Source of the DNA: Azolla caroliniana
Lineage: Eukaryota; Plantae; Polypodiophyta
Length of the DNA: 64,000 bases
NCBI GenBank assembly: GCA_043228905.1
Contig: JBHGNT010000015.1
Location: 11,408,001 to 11,472,000 of the forward strand
Direction: 5' to 3'
Shown here: piece by piece, positions 39,501 to 49,994 of the stretch
Layout: each line of letters begins with the position of its first letter
Numbering within the stretch: position 1 is the first letter of the stretch
Translations under genes and position numbers: made by a program
Notes under the pieces: model-generated
Databases searched by the model: none
What the model saw: only the letters and a program-made list of their open reading frames with translations
What the model was told of the DNA's origin: nothing

Positions 39501-40796
39501 CCTTTCCAAGTTGCCCCTCACCCTTCTTCTTTGTTGTATACAATACGACTTTTTTCTTTGAGTCGACATATTGCATACACCATTCCTTGTCCGTTAGATC
39601 TCGGTCAGGAAGGTCTTCACCTCCAGTAGCGGCGACAAGTTTCTTTTGGCTAACATCACTAAAGAGAAGCTTTTTTCCTCTCTTCATGGTCTCAGGAGCT
39701 ACCTTGGTCTGGGCTTCGATTGGAGAACCTTGTATGCGAAGCTTTATTTTCTTCACCGGTCGGTCCGACAGGTTTTCAAACGACCTATTTAAGAAAGTAT
39801 ATGCAAAAACATAAGTTAGGTAGTCACGTAGATTAAGGTTGTATATTAACATGAAGAACAGTTCCCAGGAGCAGTCCTATATTCAAAAATCTATTATAGG
39901 CAGGGCTATTCAACCTAGAAAATATATATCGTAATTAGTAAAAAGAGTTATATATTCTTTTAAATAGTAGGTATGACTTATATAGATTCCAAACCTATAT
40001 TGACGAGAATTTGCTATCGTAAAGGCAATTTGTGGATCATTTTCTACTATTTTAAGCTAAAGTAGGTCATAAAACACCTATAATTAGAGCATGTTTTTTT
40101 TTTAAAGTAAGGAAATCCAACATAAAAAGACTGATTTTGCCAGACAATTTGATATCTTTTCCATCCCAAAATTATTTGTTACCCCAAAAATACAATTTTT
40201 CTCTCTCAAAGCCTTATTATATACAGGAACTCGATACGGCGTATCGAGTTCTTGTTTAAAACCTACCCTTTAAACAGGAACTCGATACGGTGTATCGAGT
40301 TCGTGTTTAAAACCTACACTTTAAACAGGAACTCGATACGGCGTATCGAGTTCGTGTTTAAAACCTAAACTTTAAACTGGAACTCGATACGGCGTATCGA
40401 GTTCCTGTTTAAAACCTACACTTTAAACACGAACTCGATACGGCGTATCGAGTTCCTGTTTAAAACCTACACTTTAAACACGAACTCGATACGGCGTATC
40501 GAGTTCCTGTTTAAAACCTACACTTTAAACACGAACTCGATACGGCGTATCGAGTTCCTGTTTAAAACCTACACTTTAAACAGGAACTCGATACGGCGTA
40601 TCGAGTTCCTATATAAAAAGCAAAATTAAATTATGAACTCGATACGCCGTATCGAGTTCATGTATAAATATTTGTATTGTATACATGAGCTCGATACGGG
40701 GTATCGAGTTCTTGAGAAACGAAACATATTTACAAAAATGTCCACAGTGTCAGAGGCCTACCTGGAGTCCTCGCGCTCGATTCTCTTTGAAGACAT
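36586..40796 (-). CDS. 6-exon gene, ~965 aa: ParB/Srx-like domain plus beta-class N6-adenine/N4-cytosine DNA methyltransferase; one in-frame TAG at 37227-37229 (possibly a recent pseudogene)
   Basis: Exons 40762-40796, 38174-39784, 37959-38097, 37409-37875, 37028-37320, 36586-36938, all GT-AG and phase-consistent (2898 nt); YFVIGGSHSAEARRQL (ParB-like); VVCGDVIDLI..LMIADIPYG (motif IV), W.K.N..F.NAIEY, NPYQKPQRLM, ILDLFSCTGTT..R..VALEKD (motifs I/II). Confidence 0.85.
40222..40712. repeat. Array of ten palindromes GAACTCGATAC-NNN-GTATCGAGTTC at 51-bp period, inside intron 1 of the ParB-MTase gene
   Basis: Cores start at 40227, 40278, 40329, 40380, 40431, 40482, 40533, 40584, 40635, 40687; inner spacers GTTTAAA-N8-TTTAAAC are also palindromic. 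Confidence 0.95.
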
Positions 40797-40938
40797 GTTT
40801 GATCGTGTGGAAGTGGAGGCGGAGATCGCGCTTTCGTGCTTTGTGCTCTGTGTGCTTTGTGTGCTCTGTGTGCTCTCTACGTTCTGTGTGCTCTGTACGC
40901 TCTGTACGCTCTGGTGAGTGAAATATGACGAGGTCTTC

Positions 40939-40949
40939 CTATTTATAGG
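40939..40949 (-). promoter_or_regulatory. Putative TATA box of the ParB-MTase gene
   Basis: CCTATAAATAG ~145 bp upstream of the predicted ATG at 40796. Confidence 0.6.
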
Positions 40950-41648
40950 GATTGAACACATTGGTTAAAGTAACCATAGTCACCTTAACCAAGGTTGGTA
41001 ACTTTGAGCATAGTTAGTTGGTAACCATAGTCACATTAATTAGAGTAACTTATGATTGTATTAATGATTACAAAGTCAAACTACCATATTGATCAATCTT
41101 TTATAGTCATAACAACCTACAATGACTTCAAAGGTTATGAATGAGACAATGATAGAGGTTCATGAATGTACCAATGATTGATTACTAAAACCAACAATTT
41201 TTATGACTCTCAAATGTTGTGTATTAAAGATGTGGGCATAAATTAACCAATGATTGATAAGTCTAATATTTAAAATGGTGAGCATTAAAGAACCAATGAG
41301 TGAGACGTTCTATATCAAAATGGGTGCCATTAATTAGCCAATGATTTTAACATTAATCCAACATATTCATGGCTTGTTAATGATTAGTTTTATATTTTAC
41401 TTGATTTAACTTTATATAGATCTAGTTTATATAATAATTGATATTTTAAGTACAATTACTTTATTAAAAATAATTTTTTGATGTATTGTATTAATAGAAT
41501 ATTACATAATATAGACATTCTATTGATTTGGCTTTTGTTTAGAGAGAAGTTTATGTTTAGAGAGGAGTATATGTTTAGAGAGGAGGTTATTAGTTTTTTT
41601 CTTTCCCCTAAGCCCATAACTTAGAGAGCCCTATCTAGACCTTAAGCC

Positions 41649-44429
41649 ATGAGTGAAGATTCACCGTTCTCGATTGAAGAATATTGTTTGTCATCAGACC
41701 CATCGTTTTCTACTGAAGAGTATTGTTTGTCATCAGAGTCACCATATTCGATTGAAGAATATTGTCTGTCGACCGACTCACCATATTCTATCGAAGAATA
41801 TTGTCTGAGCTCATCTACAAGGAATGTAAATAATGACACATGCGAAGAGTTCTCTATTGAAGAATACGATATTAATAAAGATACCGAGAATGAAGGAAGT
41901 GCCTAGGAAACATTGAATAACATTGGCGATGGTCACAGCAAAGAATTAGATTGTAACAAGGTTACACCAACCTCTATGCAGGAAGAGAAATCCGGGAGCC
42001 CTATGCATATTAGAAGAATCCCACGAAGAATTCATCTAGCTAGATTTAGCTTGGTGACATCAGATAAACAGATTGGATTTGATGTCAACAAAATATGTTG
42101 TGCCCGTGGTTGTATGTCTATGATTGGAAAATCAAAGTTGCGAGAATTAAGGCGATACTATTTTTCGATGACCGGTGATGAGCAAGACACTTACCTCGGG
42201 TCACATATGCAACTAGTATCTGACAAATGTACGGGGATCAAAGTATCATTCGAGTATTATATCTTCCATGCGCAACAGATATGTAGAGTTGCATTCAAAA
42301 TTGCGTTATGTGTTAGTAACATGCGGCTACATATAGTACAACAACGTCTACTTAGCGGGGATCAGATGCTCAATTGTAAAGAGGTTCCAAGTATGAAAGG
42401 TGCAATTGGAAGACTAGCTATTGGCTGGATGAAAACTTACTTTCAGTTAAATTGTGAAGTAATGCCCACTACAGGTAGGATGCATCTTTATGATAATTAT
42501 ACACGTCGGGAAGTTTATGATGTCTATCGATCTGATATGCTGGGCTCACGTAATAAGTCGATCACATATAGCCAATTCACAAGATTATGGAGAGCTCGGT
42601 TTTCAAATGTTATTATTCCTCGTAAAGTACGTATGGGGTATTGCTCCATTTGTGCAAATCTTAAAAGTTTGGCTAAAGGTGCAAAGACATCAATGGAAAA
42701 GGATACGAGTAAGAAGTTACTACAAGAGCATCGTGAGGCACAATCCTTAGAACGAAGGAAGGCGATGCATCATAGAGAGAAGTGTTTGAAGAGGCCCGAA
42801 CAATACATGTGCTTAATGATAGATGGCATGGACCAGAAGAAGACATGCTTGCCGCATATGCAGAGGCTCCCCAAAGATGTCAATGATGAGTGCCTTGTTC
42901 AAATGCACTTGGTGGGATGCTTGGCTTATAATAGGTCTGTTCGACCTCACGTCTTCATTACTTACCCCAATGTTCACAATGACCCTAACCTAATAGTTAC
43001 AGTGATTCACCGAGTTTTGATGTCTTGGGGACAACCTTTCCCCCCTGTTCTATACATTCAATTGGACAATACTGCTAGAGAGAACAAAAATTCAACTGTA
43101 TTTGGCTATCTAAGTATGTTGGTCAACCTAGAATTGTTTAGGAAAGTGAAAGTCAATTTCCTTTTGGTTGGCCACACACATGACCATATAGATCAGATGT
43201 TTAGCACATTCTCCAAACAGTTGTCTCGGCATGATGCTTTCACTTTACCTAAACTATTTGATGTCATTTGCGATGCTTATACACCACGCCCAAAAGTGTT
43301 ACACTTGAAGGAGGTATATGACTTTAAGAGATATATATTAGATGGGGGTTGTGGGAATGTTAAAGTGCTTGCTCAGTTAAACAATATAAGTTTCAATCAC
43401 ATTTTTTTGATAAAGAAAAATGGAATAAGTGGTTCTACACTTTTGTATGCCAAACAATATTCATCTTCTACAACATGGGAACTTGAAGGTGGTTGCCAGT
43501 TATTACTTTGTATGCCGAGTACAATTGTCCATGGAGCTAAGCAAATGCCAATTGAGAAGAAAGGACAGTTGCAGAGCGACTTGGTATCAGAACAAAAACG
43601 GTCATGGCTCCAAGCCTTAGAAGAAAAAAGAAAGCATATTGAGGCCGCCAAGAAATATGCCGCACAACAAGACACATCATGGTGGGATGTATTTTATAGT
43701 GATCAGAAAGAAATTATAGACAATTGTGTATCTGTTGATAATTGGAATTTGGAAACGCCATTCACATGGTCGTTGCAACATGATCGCGTAAATAGAAGTC
43801 CAGAGCAACTAGTAAATGCGATTAATGACAGCTTGGTCCATCCACAACAAAGAGACATTTATGTGGGACCAAGGATGACCAAAGCAGCCGAAGCTAGATG
43901 GCAAGGAAATTTGCAAGAGCTCACCGCGGGGATGTTGATTGCAACGCCGGCTGATGAGAACTCACATGGCCACCAATTTTGGGTTGGTAAAATTCTAGAA
44001 GTGCTAATGCATGAAATAGAAAACACGATCAAGTCTATAAATGTTCATTGGTACAACACTAGAAGTGCAAATGCTTTTACAGGTAAGTATACATTGGAGA
44101 TGATTGAATGCCAAACAAGAAGGGGAGGTAGGAAGAGGAAGCGAAACATTCGTAACACCTCGACCCTTGATATCTCTGATGTGGATATCATCGTGTACGA
44201 CTTCACACTTACAAAAGCCGGACGATTAAGGAAGTCAACAATAGATATAATAAAAGAAAAATTACCAGGTCTACAAGGTGGCTCGAGTCAAAGGCAAACG
44301 AGATCTGCTACATATAATCTAGAGTCAAACCATTTGGTTTATGACGAAGATAATGCACTGATTGGTACATTCGAGGATGATGAGGAGGAATCGTCATTGT
44401 ATATTAGTTATAGTAGTGATTCTCCGTAA
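41649..44429 (+). CDS. DDD/E transposase, Sola-like, ~926 codons with one in-frame TAG at 41904-41906
   Basis: Cys-rich N-terminus (CCARGC, CSIC), LMIDGMDQKK, YIQLDNTARENKN, FLLVGHTHDHIDQMFS; ORFs 41649-41906 and 41913-44429 share a frame; lies within the TIRs. Confidence 0.85.
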
Positions 44430-44750
44430 AGGAGTGATCATGAATGTATATTTGGCTATTAAGTGTAACTACATTCCGCTTGTAACAAATCGAGTAATAT
44501 AAAATCATGTGTTTTGAATTCTTATGATTTCTAAAAAATTGTTTCTTATAAAATAACATTGGTTGTGAAGTTTGTGATATAAATTGAGAATGTATCTTTT
44601 TGAAATTCGTCTTTTTTTAGTTACTTCTAAATCACGAAAATAGTGGATTTTTAACCTTTTTCATAGTATGTTTGAACATGTATGATACTGGTATCAATGT
44701 GTTTTGTAAAATCATTGAAAACCCCTAAAATTTCCCTTATCCTTCCATTT

Positions 44751-44786
44751 ATGCGCGATCCTTCCACTTGTGAACGCGAACGTGTT
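44751..44786 (-). repeat. Right TIR
   Basis: Reverse complement AACACGTTCGCGTTCACAAGTGGAAGGATCGCGCAT. Confidence 0.93.
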
Positions 44787-45349
44787 CTCTCTCTCTGTCC
44801 ATCTCAATCTTTCTCTCGCCATATCAATCTCTCTCAATCTATATTAAATACTTTCTCGCTACAGCTAGTACAAACTTCGAATCCTTCCGATCCAGGACCC
44901 CGGCAATTCCGCCTCACGATCCGCACATAGAGATGGATTTTCACGACAACGTACTGGACCGACTAGGAGAATCGGCAAAATGACAGTAAGGGTTTCTACA
45001 AACTTAACAAAGAAAGCATTGTTATGGTTCACGAGGACCTTACGCAGGATTATTAAGCCTTGGCCGATCGCCAGTTCGAGGAGATCGCGCAATTTCTAGA
45101 GGAGTTCGGAGATAGCTAGCTCGACACCTCCCTCCAACTTCAGGCATACGAAAATGAGCAGAGGCAAGCAGAAGAAGTGCCTCCATCATACTCCTCGACA
45201 GCGACTCCGGTGAGGACACAATGGAAGACCACAAGCTACCGGAAGACGAAGCCCCGACAATCACTGTCAGAACAAAGCAAGAGATTGAACGATTGAAGGA
45301 AGGTATAAGAGAATAAAAGAAAAGAGGAGAATGGATTGATAAGGGAAGA

Positions 45350-48202
45350 GTGGATTTGTTTCCTACTGAATTACCGCTTACTTTACCACCTAAACGTAAT
45401 GTGGACCATCAAATTGAACTCATCCCTGGGGCTGCTCCTGTGAGCATTCCACCTTACCGACTTAGTCGATTAGAAGAGGATGAGATCACTAAACAACTTA
45501 AGGAATACTTGAGTATGGGCCACATTAGGTATAGTAAATCACCTTGGGGTGCGCCAGTTCTATTAGTCAAGAAGAAGGAAGGTTCGTGGCGAATGTGTAT
45601 CAATTATCGCCGTTTGAATAAAATGACAATTAAGAATGCATATCCATTACATCGTGCCGATGATTTGATTGATCGTTTGCACGGGGCTCGATATTTTACG
45701 AAAATTGACTTACGAACTGGTTATCATCAGATTCGCATCGCCGAGGATGATATTCCTAAAACCGCTTTTCGTACGCGCTATGGCCATTATGAGTTTTTAG
45801 TCATGCCGTTTGGGTTGACTAATGCTCCAGCCACATTCCAACAAGCGATGAATGATGTTTTCCGAGATCAACTCGGTGATTTTGTTGTCGTCTTCTTGGA
45901 TGATATTTTGATATATAGCCGTACCTTGCAAGATCATGTTCAACATGTTCGATTTGTTTTGCGAAAGTTGCGTGACAACTCTTTCTATGCAAAACATTCA
46001 AAATGTGACTTCTTCCAAAAATCTATTGTGTACCTAGGTCATTTAATTACAGAAAATGGCGTTGAAATTGAACCTTCTCGTATTGAAAAGGTTAAACTTT
46101 GGCCCATTCCTCGTAATATTCGTGAACTTAGATCATTCTTAGGGTTTGTTGGATTTTTACGAAAATCAATTCGTAACTATTCCAAATTGACTACGCCATT
46201 AACTGACCTTTTAAAAGGTCATCCACGTAAGTCTGTCAAACCAATTTCATGGAATGAACAACTTGACAAATCATTTGAGACACTCAAGGAGCATGTGTGT
46301 CAGGCTCCCACTCTTCTATTACCAGACCCTTCTAAGCCTTTCTCAATTGAAACCGATGCTAGTGATTATGCTATTGGTGCAGTTCTTTATCAAGGTGGTC
46401 ACCCTATTGCTTTTGAAAGTAAGAAGCTTGATGCTGCTCAATCTCGGTATTCCGTTCAAGAGAAAGAGTTGTTTGCGGTGATACACGCACTTAAAACATG
46501 GAGGCACTATCTCTATGGAAATAAATTTGTGGTTACAACAGACCATCAATCATTAAAGTATTTTTGTGACCAGCCCGATCTTGTTGGTCGTAAAGGCCGT
46601 TGGGCTGACCTTATGCAAGATTTTGATTTTTCCATACGCTATCGCAAGGGTTCTATGAACACCGTTGCTGATGCTCTTAGTCGCATTAAAGAAGTTAACA
46701 TGCTTAGCTTCACGGAAATAAAATCTGATCTTTTAGATCACCTTCGAGGGAAATACCTTGATGACAGTTATTTCTCAAAATACTGGACGAAAGCCGAATC
46801 TGGTTTAGATGCCGATACTAGCACCCTACCCTCGAAGGCGACCTTTCACATTACAAACAATTTGCTCTACCGTAGTGGAAAGGTCTGTGTTCCAGATTTA
46901 CCAAATGTTAAACAGAAAATTTTTCATGAATGTCATGATGCACCATCTGCTGGTCATCCTGGAATACAACGCACACTCGTTCTCATCTCGTGTACTTTTT
47001 TCTGGCCTAAGATGCGCTCGGACGTGCATAAATACGTAACTCAATGCTTACAATGTCAGATTAATAAGTCGGAACGACTTAAAGCTGCTGGTCTTTTACA
47101 TCCCTTAGATATTCCCAACAATAAATGGGAAAGTATCTCGATGGATTTTATTGTTAGTTTACCTCGTACACAAAGGGGTCATGATGCCATATGGGTTGTC
47201 GTTGACAGGCTAACAAAATTAGCTAGATTTATTCCTACAAAAACCACGGTAACCGCTCAACAGTTGGCTTATCAATTTGTTGATGAGTTATTTCGTTTTT
47301 ATGGATTACCGATGGATATTGTTAGTGATCGAGATTCCAAGTTTACTAGTGACTTTTGGACTCAGGTCTTTAAGAAACTAGAAACTACGTTGAGCATGAG
47401 TTCCGCAGATCATCCTCAGTCTGATGGACAAACTGAACGAGTTAATCAAATTATTGAGGACATGCTTCGAGCTTATGTAGCAAAAACCCCTTCTAAGTGG
47501 GAGCAATACCTTCCTATCTTAGAATTTGCCTATAATAGCTCTAAACATACATCCACTGGATATAGTCCTTTTATGTTGATGTATGGTTTTCAGCCACGTG
47601 CCCCAGTTGATGTCACGATTCATCGTGATACATTAGACAGTACACGCAATTTTTTGCAAGACATGAACCAAATGTTGCATATTGCCAAAGAAAATGTCAA
47701 GACAGCTCAAGATCGTGCTCGATTTTATGCTGATCAGGATAGACGTCCTCGTGCATTTCCTATTGGTCAAAAAGTTTTTTTGCGTGTCCCGACTGATTCT
47801 ACGTCATTATCTACGGGCAAGTGCGCTAAGTTAGCCCCACGATATTGTGGCCCATTTGAAATCCTTAAGCGAGTTGGGTCATCTGCTTATCACCTTGCCT
47901 TACCTCGTAACGTTGGTATTCATCCTGTTTTTCACGTCAGTCGTCTAAAACCATTTTTAGGCTCTGGTGATAACACCATCACAATCCAAGATCTTGTAAC
48001 ATTAGAGGATTTTTCTTACAAACCTCATGTTCCTGAACGAATTCTTGATTCTCGTACTAAACGTTTACGTTCTAAAGAGATTCGGCTATTCAAGATCAAA
48101 TGGATGGATAAACCTATTGATGATGCCACATGGGAACGCGAGCATTCGCTTAAGGCACAATTTCCTCACTTTATATTGCAAGAGTGCAATCTTTTGAAGT
48201 AG
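45350..48202 (+). CDS. Chromovirus pol (RT-RNase H-integrase-chromodomain), uninterrupted 950 aa, 5'-truncated element
   Basis: KIDLRTGYHQ, VFLDD, ETDAS, TDHQSL, HD.PSAGHPG..CLQC, SDRDSKF, HPQSDGQTER, GPF..HPVFHVS, PERILDSR..IKW..ATWE. Confidence 0.95.
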   Translation: MDLFPTELPLTLPPKRNVDHQIELIPGAAPVSIPPYRLSRLEEDEITKQLKEYLSMGHIRYSKSPWGAPVLLVKKKEGSWRMCINYRRLNKMTIKNAYPLHRADDLIDRLHGARYFTKIDLRTGYHQIRIAEDDIPKTAFRTRYGHYEFLVMPFGLTNAPATFQQAMNDVFRDQLGDFVVVFLDDILIYSRTLQDHVQHVRFVLRKLRDNSFYAKHSKCDFFQKSIVYLGHLITENGVEIEPSRIEKVKLWPIPRNIRELRSFLGFVGFLRKSIRNYSKLTTPLTDLLKGHPRKSVKPISWNEQLDKSFETLKEHVCQAPTLLLPDPSKPFSIETDASDYAIGAVLYQGGHPIAFESKKLDAAQSRYSVQEKELFAVIHALKTWRHYLYGNKFVVTTDHQSLKYFCDQPDLVGRKGRWADLMQDFDFSIRYRKGSMNTVADALSRIKEVNMLSFTEIKSDLLDHLRGKYLDDSYFSKYWTKAESGLDADTSTLPSKATFHITNNLLYRSGKVCVPDLPNVKQKIFHECHDAPSAGHPGIQRTLVLISCTFFWPKMRSDVHKYVTQCLQCQINKSERLKAAGLLHPLDIPNNKWESISMDFIVSLPRTQRGHDAIWVVVDRLTKLARFIPTKTTVTAQQLAYQFVDELFRFYGLPMDIVSDRDSKFTSDFWTQVFKKLETTLSMSSADHPQSDGQTERVNQIIEDMLRAYVAKTPSKWEQYLPILEFAYNSSKHTSTGYSPFMLMYGFQPRAPVDVTIHRDTLDSTRNFLQDMNQMLHIAKENVKTAQDRARFYADQDRRPRAFPIGQKVFLRVPTDSTSLSTGKCAKLAPRYCGPFEILKRVGSSAYHLALPRNVGIHPVFHVSRLKPFLGSGDNTITIQDLVTLEDFSYKPHVPERILDSRTKRLRSKEIRLFKIKWMDKPIDDATWEREHSLKAQFPHFILQECNLLK

Positions 48203-48209
48203 GGGAGTA

Positions 48210-48680
48210 TGTTATGTACACATAACGTTGGTGAGGGTAGGTCACTAATATTTACATTAGTGAAGGGTATGTTCACTATTATTAAAAAGGGGACTAATGA
48301 TTGGATAGAATGAATGATATGTGCATGCACTATCATGATTTAGACAACCAATGAATAGAGAGCCTTTTAGAAAGGCACATCTATTCAAGGGGCCTAGGAA
48401 AAGGTATAAATATGAGGCTTAGCTACCCTCATAGGGATCACGTCGGAAGGCTGCTGTCGTAGACACCGGTGGTGCGGGCTAGGCTTTCGTCTCGACGATC
48501 GTGTTTATCTCTTCCAAGGTATTATTCATCCTAATATCCGGCGGTATGGGACGTCGGTGGTAGGTTGGCTATGTCTAGATCATAGCTCGGGGGTGGTCGG
48601 GTGGAACGGGTTCTTCTATCCAATCTATTTTCTTCCTTTTTACTTGATTTGGTCTATTGATTAGTAATAGACTCTTAACA
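48210..48680 (+). repeat. Chromovirus 3' LTR preceded by PPT AGGGGAG (48201-48207)
   Basis: TGTTATGTACA...CTTAACA; matches the 14098 and 51756 LTRs. Confidence 0.92.
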
Positions 48681-48763
48681 TGTGGCAAGGCTCCAAAAGA
48701 GAGCTGTGAAAGATTGGATGAAGCCGCAAATTTGCAGGAAGATCAAGACAGAATGTTGCATCA

Positions 48764-49760
48764 TTAATCCTCTCTGTAATGACAAAAGGACCCAAGCAGT
48801 TTATAATCTAGCTTATCACATGGTCGAGTAGTCTTTATGTGACGGCATAACAACCATACCCGATCACCAAACTTGAATGGAGACGGAAAACAATGTCGAT
48901 CTACATGGGCCTTACGTCTGGCTTGAGCTTTCTGAATATGTGAAGATAACTCAGATTGGAGGTGTTGGAATCGGTGGAGGTGTTGCTCTGCACTACGGTT
49001 TGGTGAGATCATTGGAATGTCCAAGAGACACCATCGAGAATGGTTGCCAGTACAGGCATAGAAAGGTGTGACCTTGTAGAAGAGTGTACGGTGTTATTGT
49101 ACACAAACTCTGCAAGATGGAATATATGACTCCAATCATCTTGTTGATAACTGATGAAGCATTGAAGATACTGCTCAAGTGTTTGATTTGTGTGCTCTGT
49201 TTGGCCATCAATTTCAGGATGATATGCTAAAGAGAGTTTGCAAGAGATTCAGAGCCCGTTACATAGGTGCTTCCAAAAGTGAGAGATAAATTGCGGACCA
49301 CAATCACTAATTATGTCGTTTGGAAGACCATGATGGTGAAATACTTCACGCATAATGATATCTGTTGTTTCTTGTCTAGTGATTCTCTGTACGCTGGACA
49401 AAAAATGTGCCATCTTGGTAAATCAATCCACTATGGTTAAAATAGCATCAAAACCCTATGAAGGTGATTTGGACCAAGGTGGGCGAAGACATCCTTAGCA
49501 AAACCATCATAGTGAAGTTGTTATCGAATAGTATCAAGAAGACTTGAATCCAGTGGCGTGGCACTAACCGTGGTTGCTTGTAGTTTTTGCTGGACCAAGG
49601 AGAACTTGCTTTTGATTGTCGAAAGCGGGATCTCCAGGGCGAAGTGCCAAATATGAGCATCGAGATAAAGCATCTTCTTGCCCTTGTTGTTGTTGGCATA
49701 AAAGGCTGACTTCTTCCAAGTTGTATCCGTCCGAGTGTGAACTCGTCAATAAGTTAGGGC
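48764..49760 (-). pseudogene. Degenerate gypsy integrase fragment of a different family
   Basis: KAQARRKAHVDRH..FKFGDRVWL..IKTTRPCDKLDYKLLG; HGLP..I.SD.GPQF.SHFW around 49270-49340. Confidence 0.7.
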
Positions 49761-49994
49761 TTAGTATATAAGCGAATTCCTAACATTGTATAGAAAAAAA
49801 AAGAGTGACAAAGGGACGAAGTGTGTGTGCATTGTATCACAGTGAGAGAGTGAGAACAAAGCAAAAAAGCTTTCCATTAGAGCTTGCACTATGTAAGTCC
49901 ATGCCCATTCTATTTTTCTTTCTGTGTTGTTTGTTGTGGAGAACTGACAACAGATCCACACACGTTTTCGCAAACCGCACTCATTACCAACAAC

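Larger units (their letters stand above)
35538..44786. mobile_element. Autonomous-type DNA transposon (Sola-like) carrying a transposase and a ParB-MTase cargo gene
   Basis: 36-bp TIRs with one mismatch; CTCT on both flanks (35534-35537, 44787-44790); interrupts a colinear LTR. Confidence 0.9.
34582..44948 (+). mobile_element. Solo LTR (related to the 22484 LTR) with 4-bp TSD ACGT, split by the 9.25-kb DNA transposon
   Basis: TGTCATGA...TTCACGACA; ACGT at 34578-34581 and 44949-44952; 35220-35530 and 44790-44948 align with 23105-23548. Confidence 0.85.

Noticed and set aside
38170-39852. 560-aa ORF as a standalone gene starting MLIYNL
   Set aside because: Its first ~23 codons are AT-rich intron ending in AG at 39785-39786 and its end is a GTAAGT donor; it is exon 2 of the spliced gene
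40222-40712. CRISPR array
   Set aside because: Inner spacers are near-identical rather than unique, there are no cas genes, and the context is a eukaryotic intron
35540-44784. CACTA/CMC assignment from CACG termini
   Set aside because: The inverted repeat extends 2 more bases (AA/TT), no direct duplication flanks the CAC ends, and the protein lacks TnpD-like motifs I can recognise
44953-44970. TGGACCGACTAGG as a PBS making 34582-48680 one element
   Set aside because: The LTR is closed by an ACGT TSD (solo LTR), and the downstream pol ends in an unrelated LTR family
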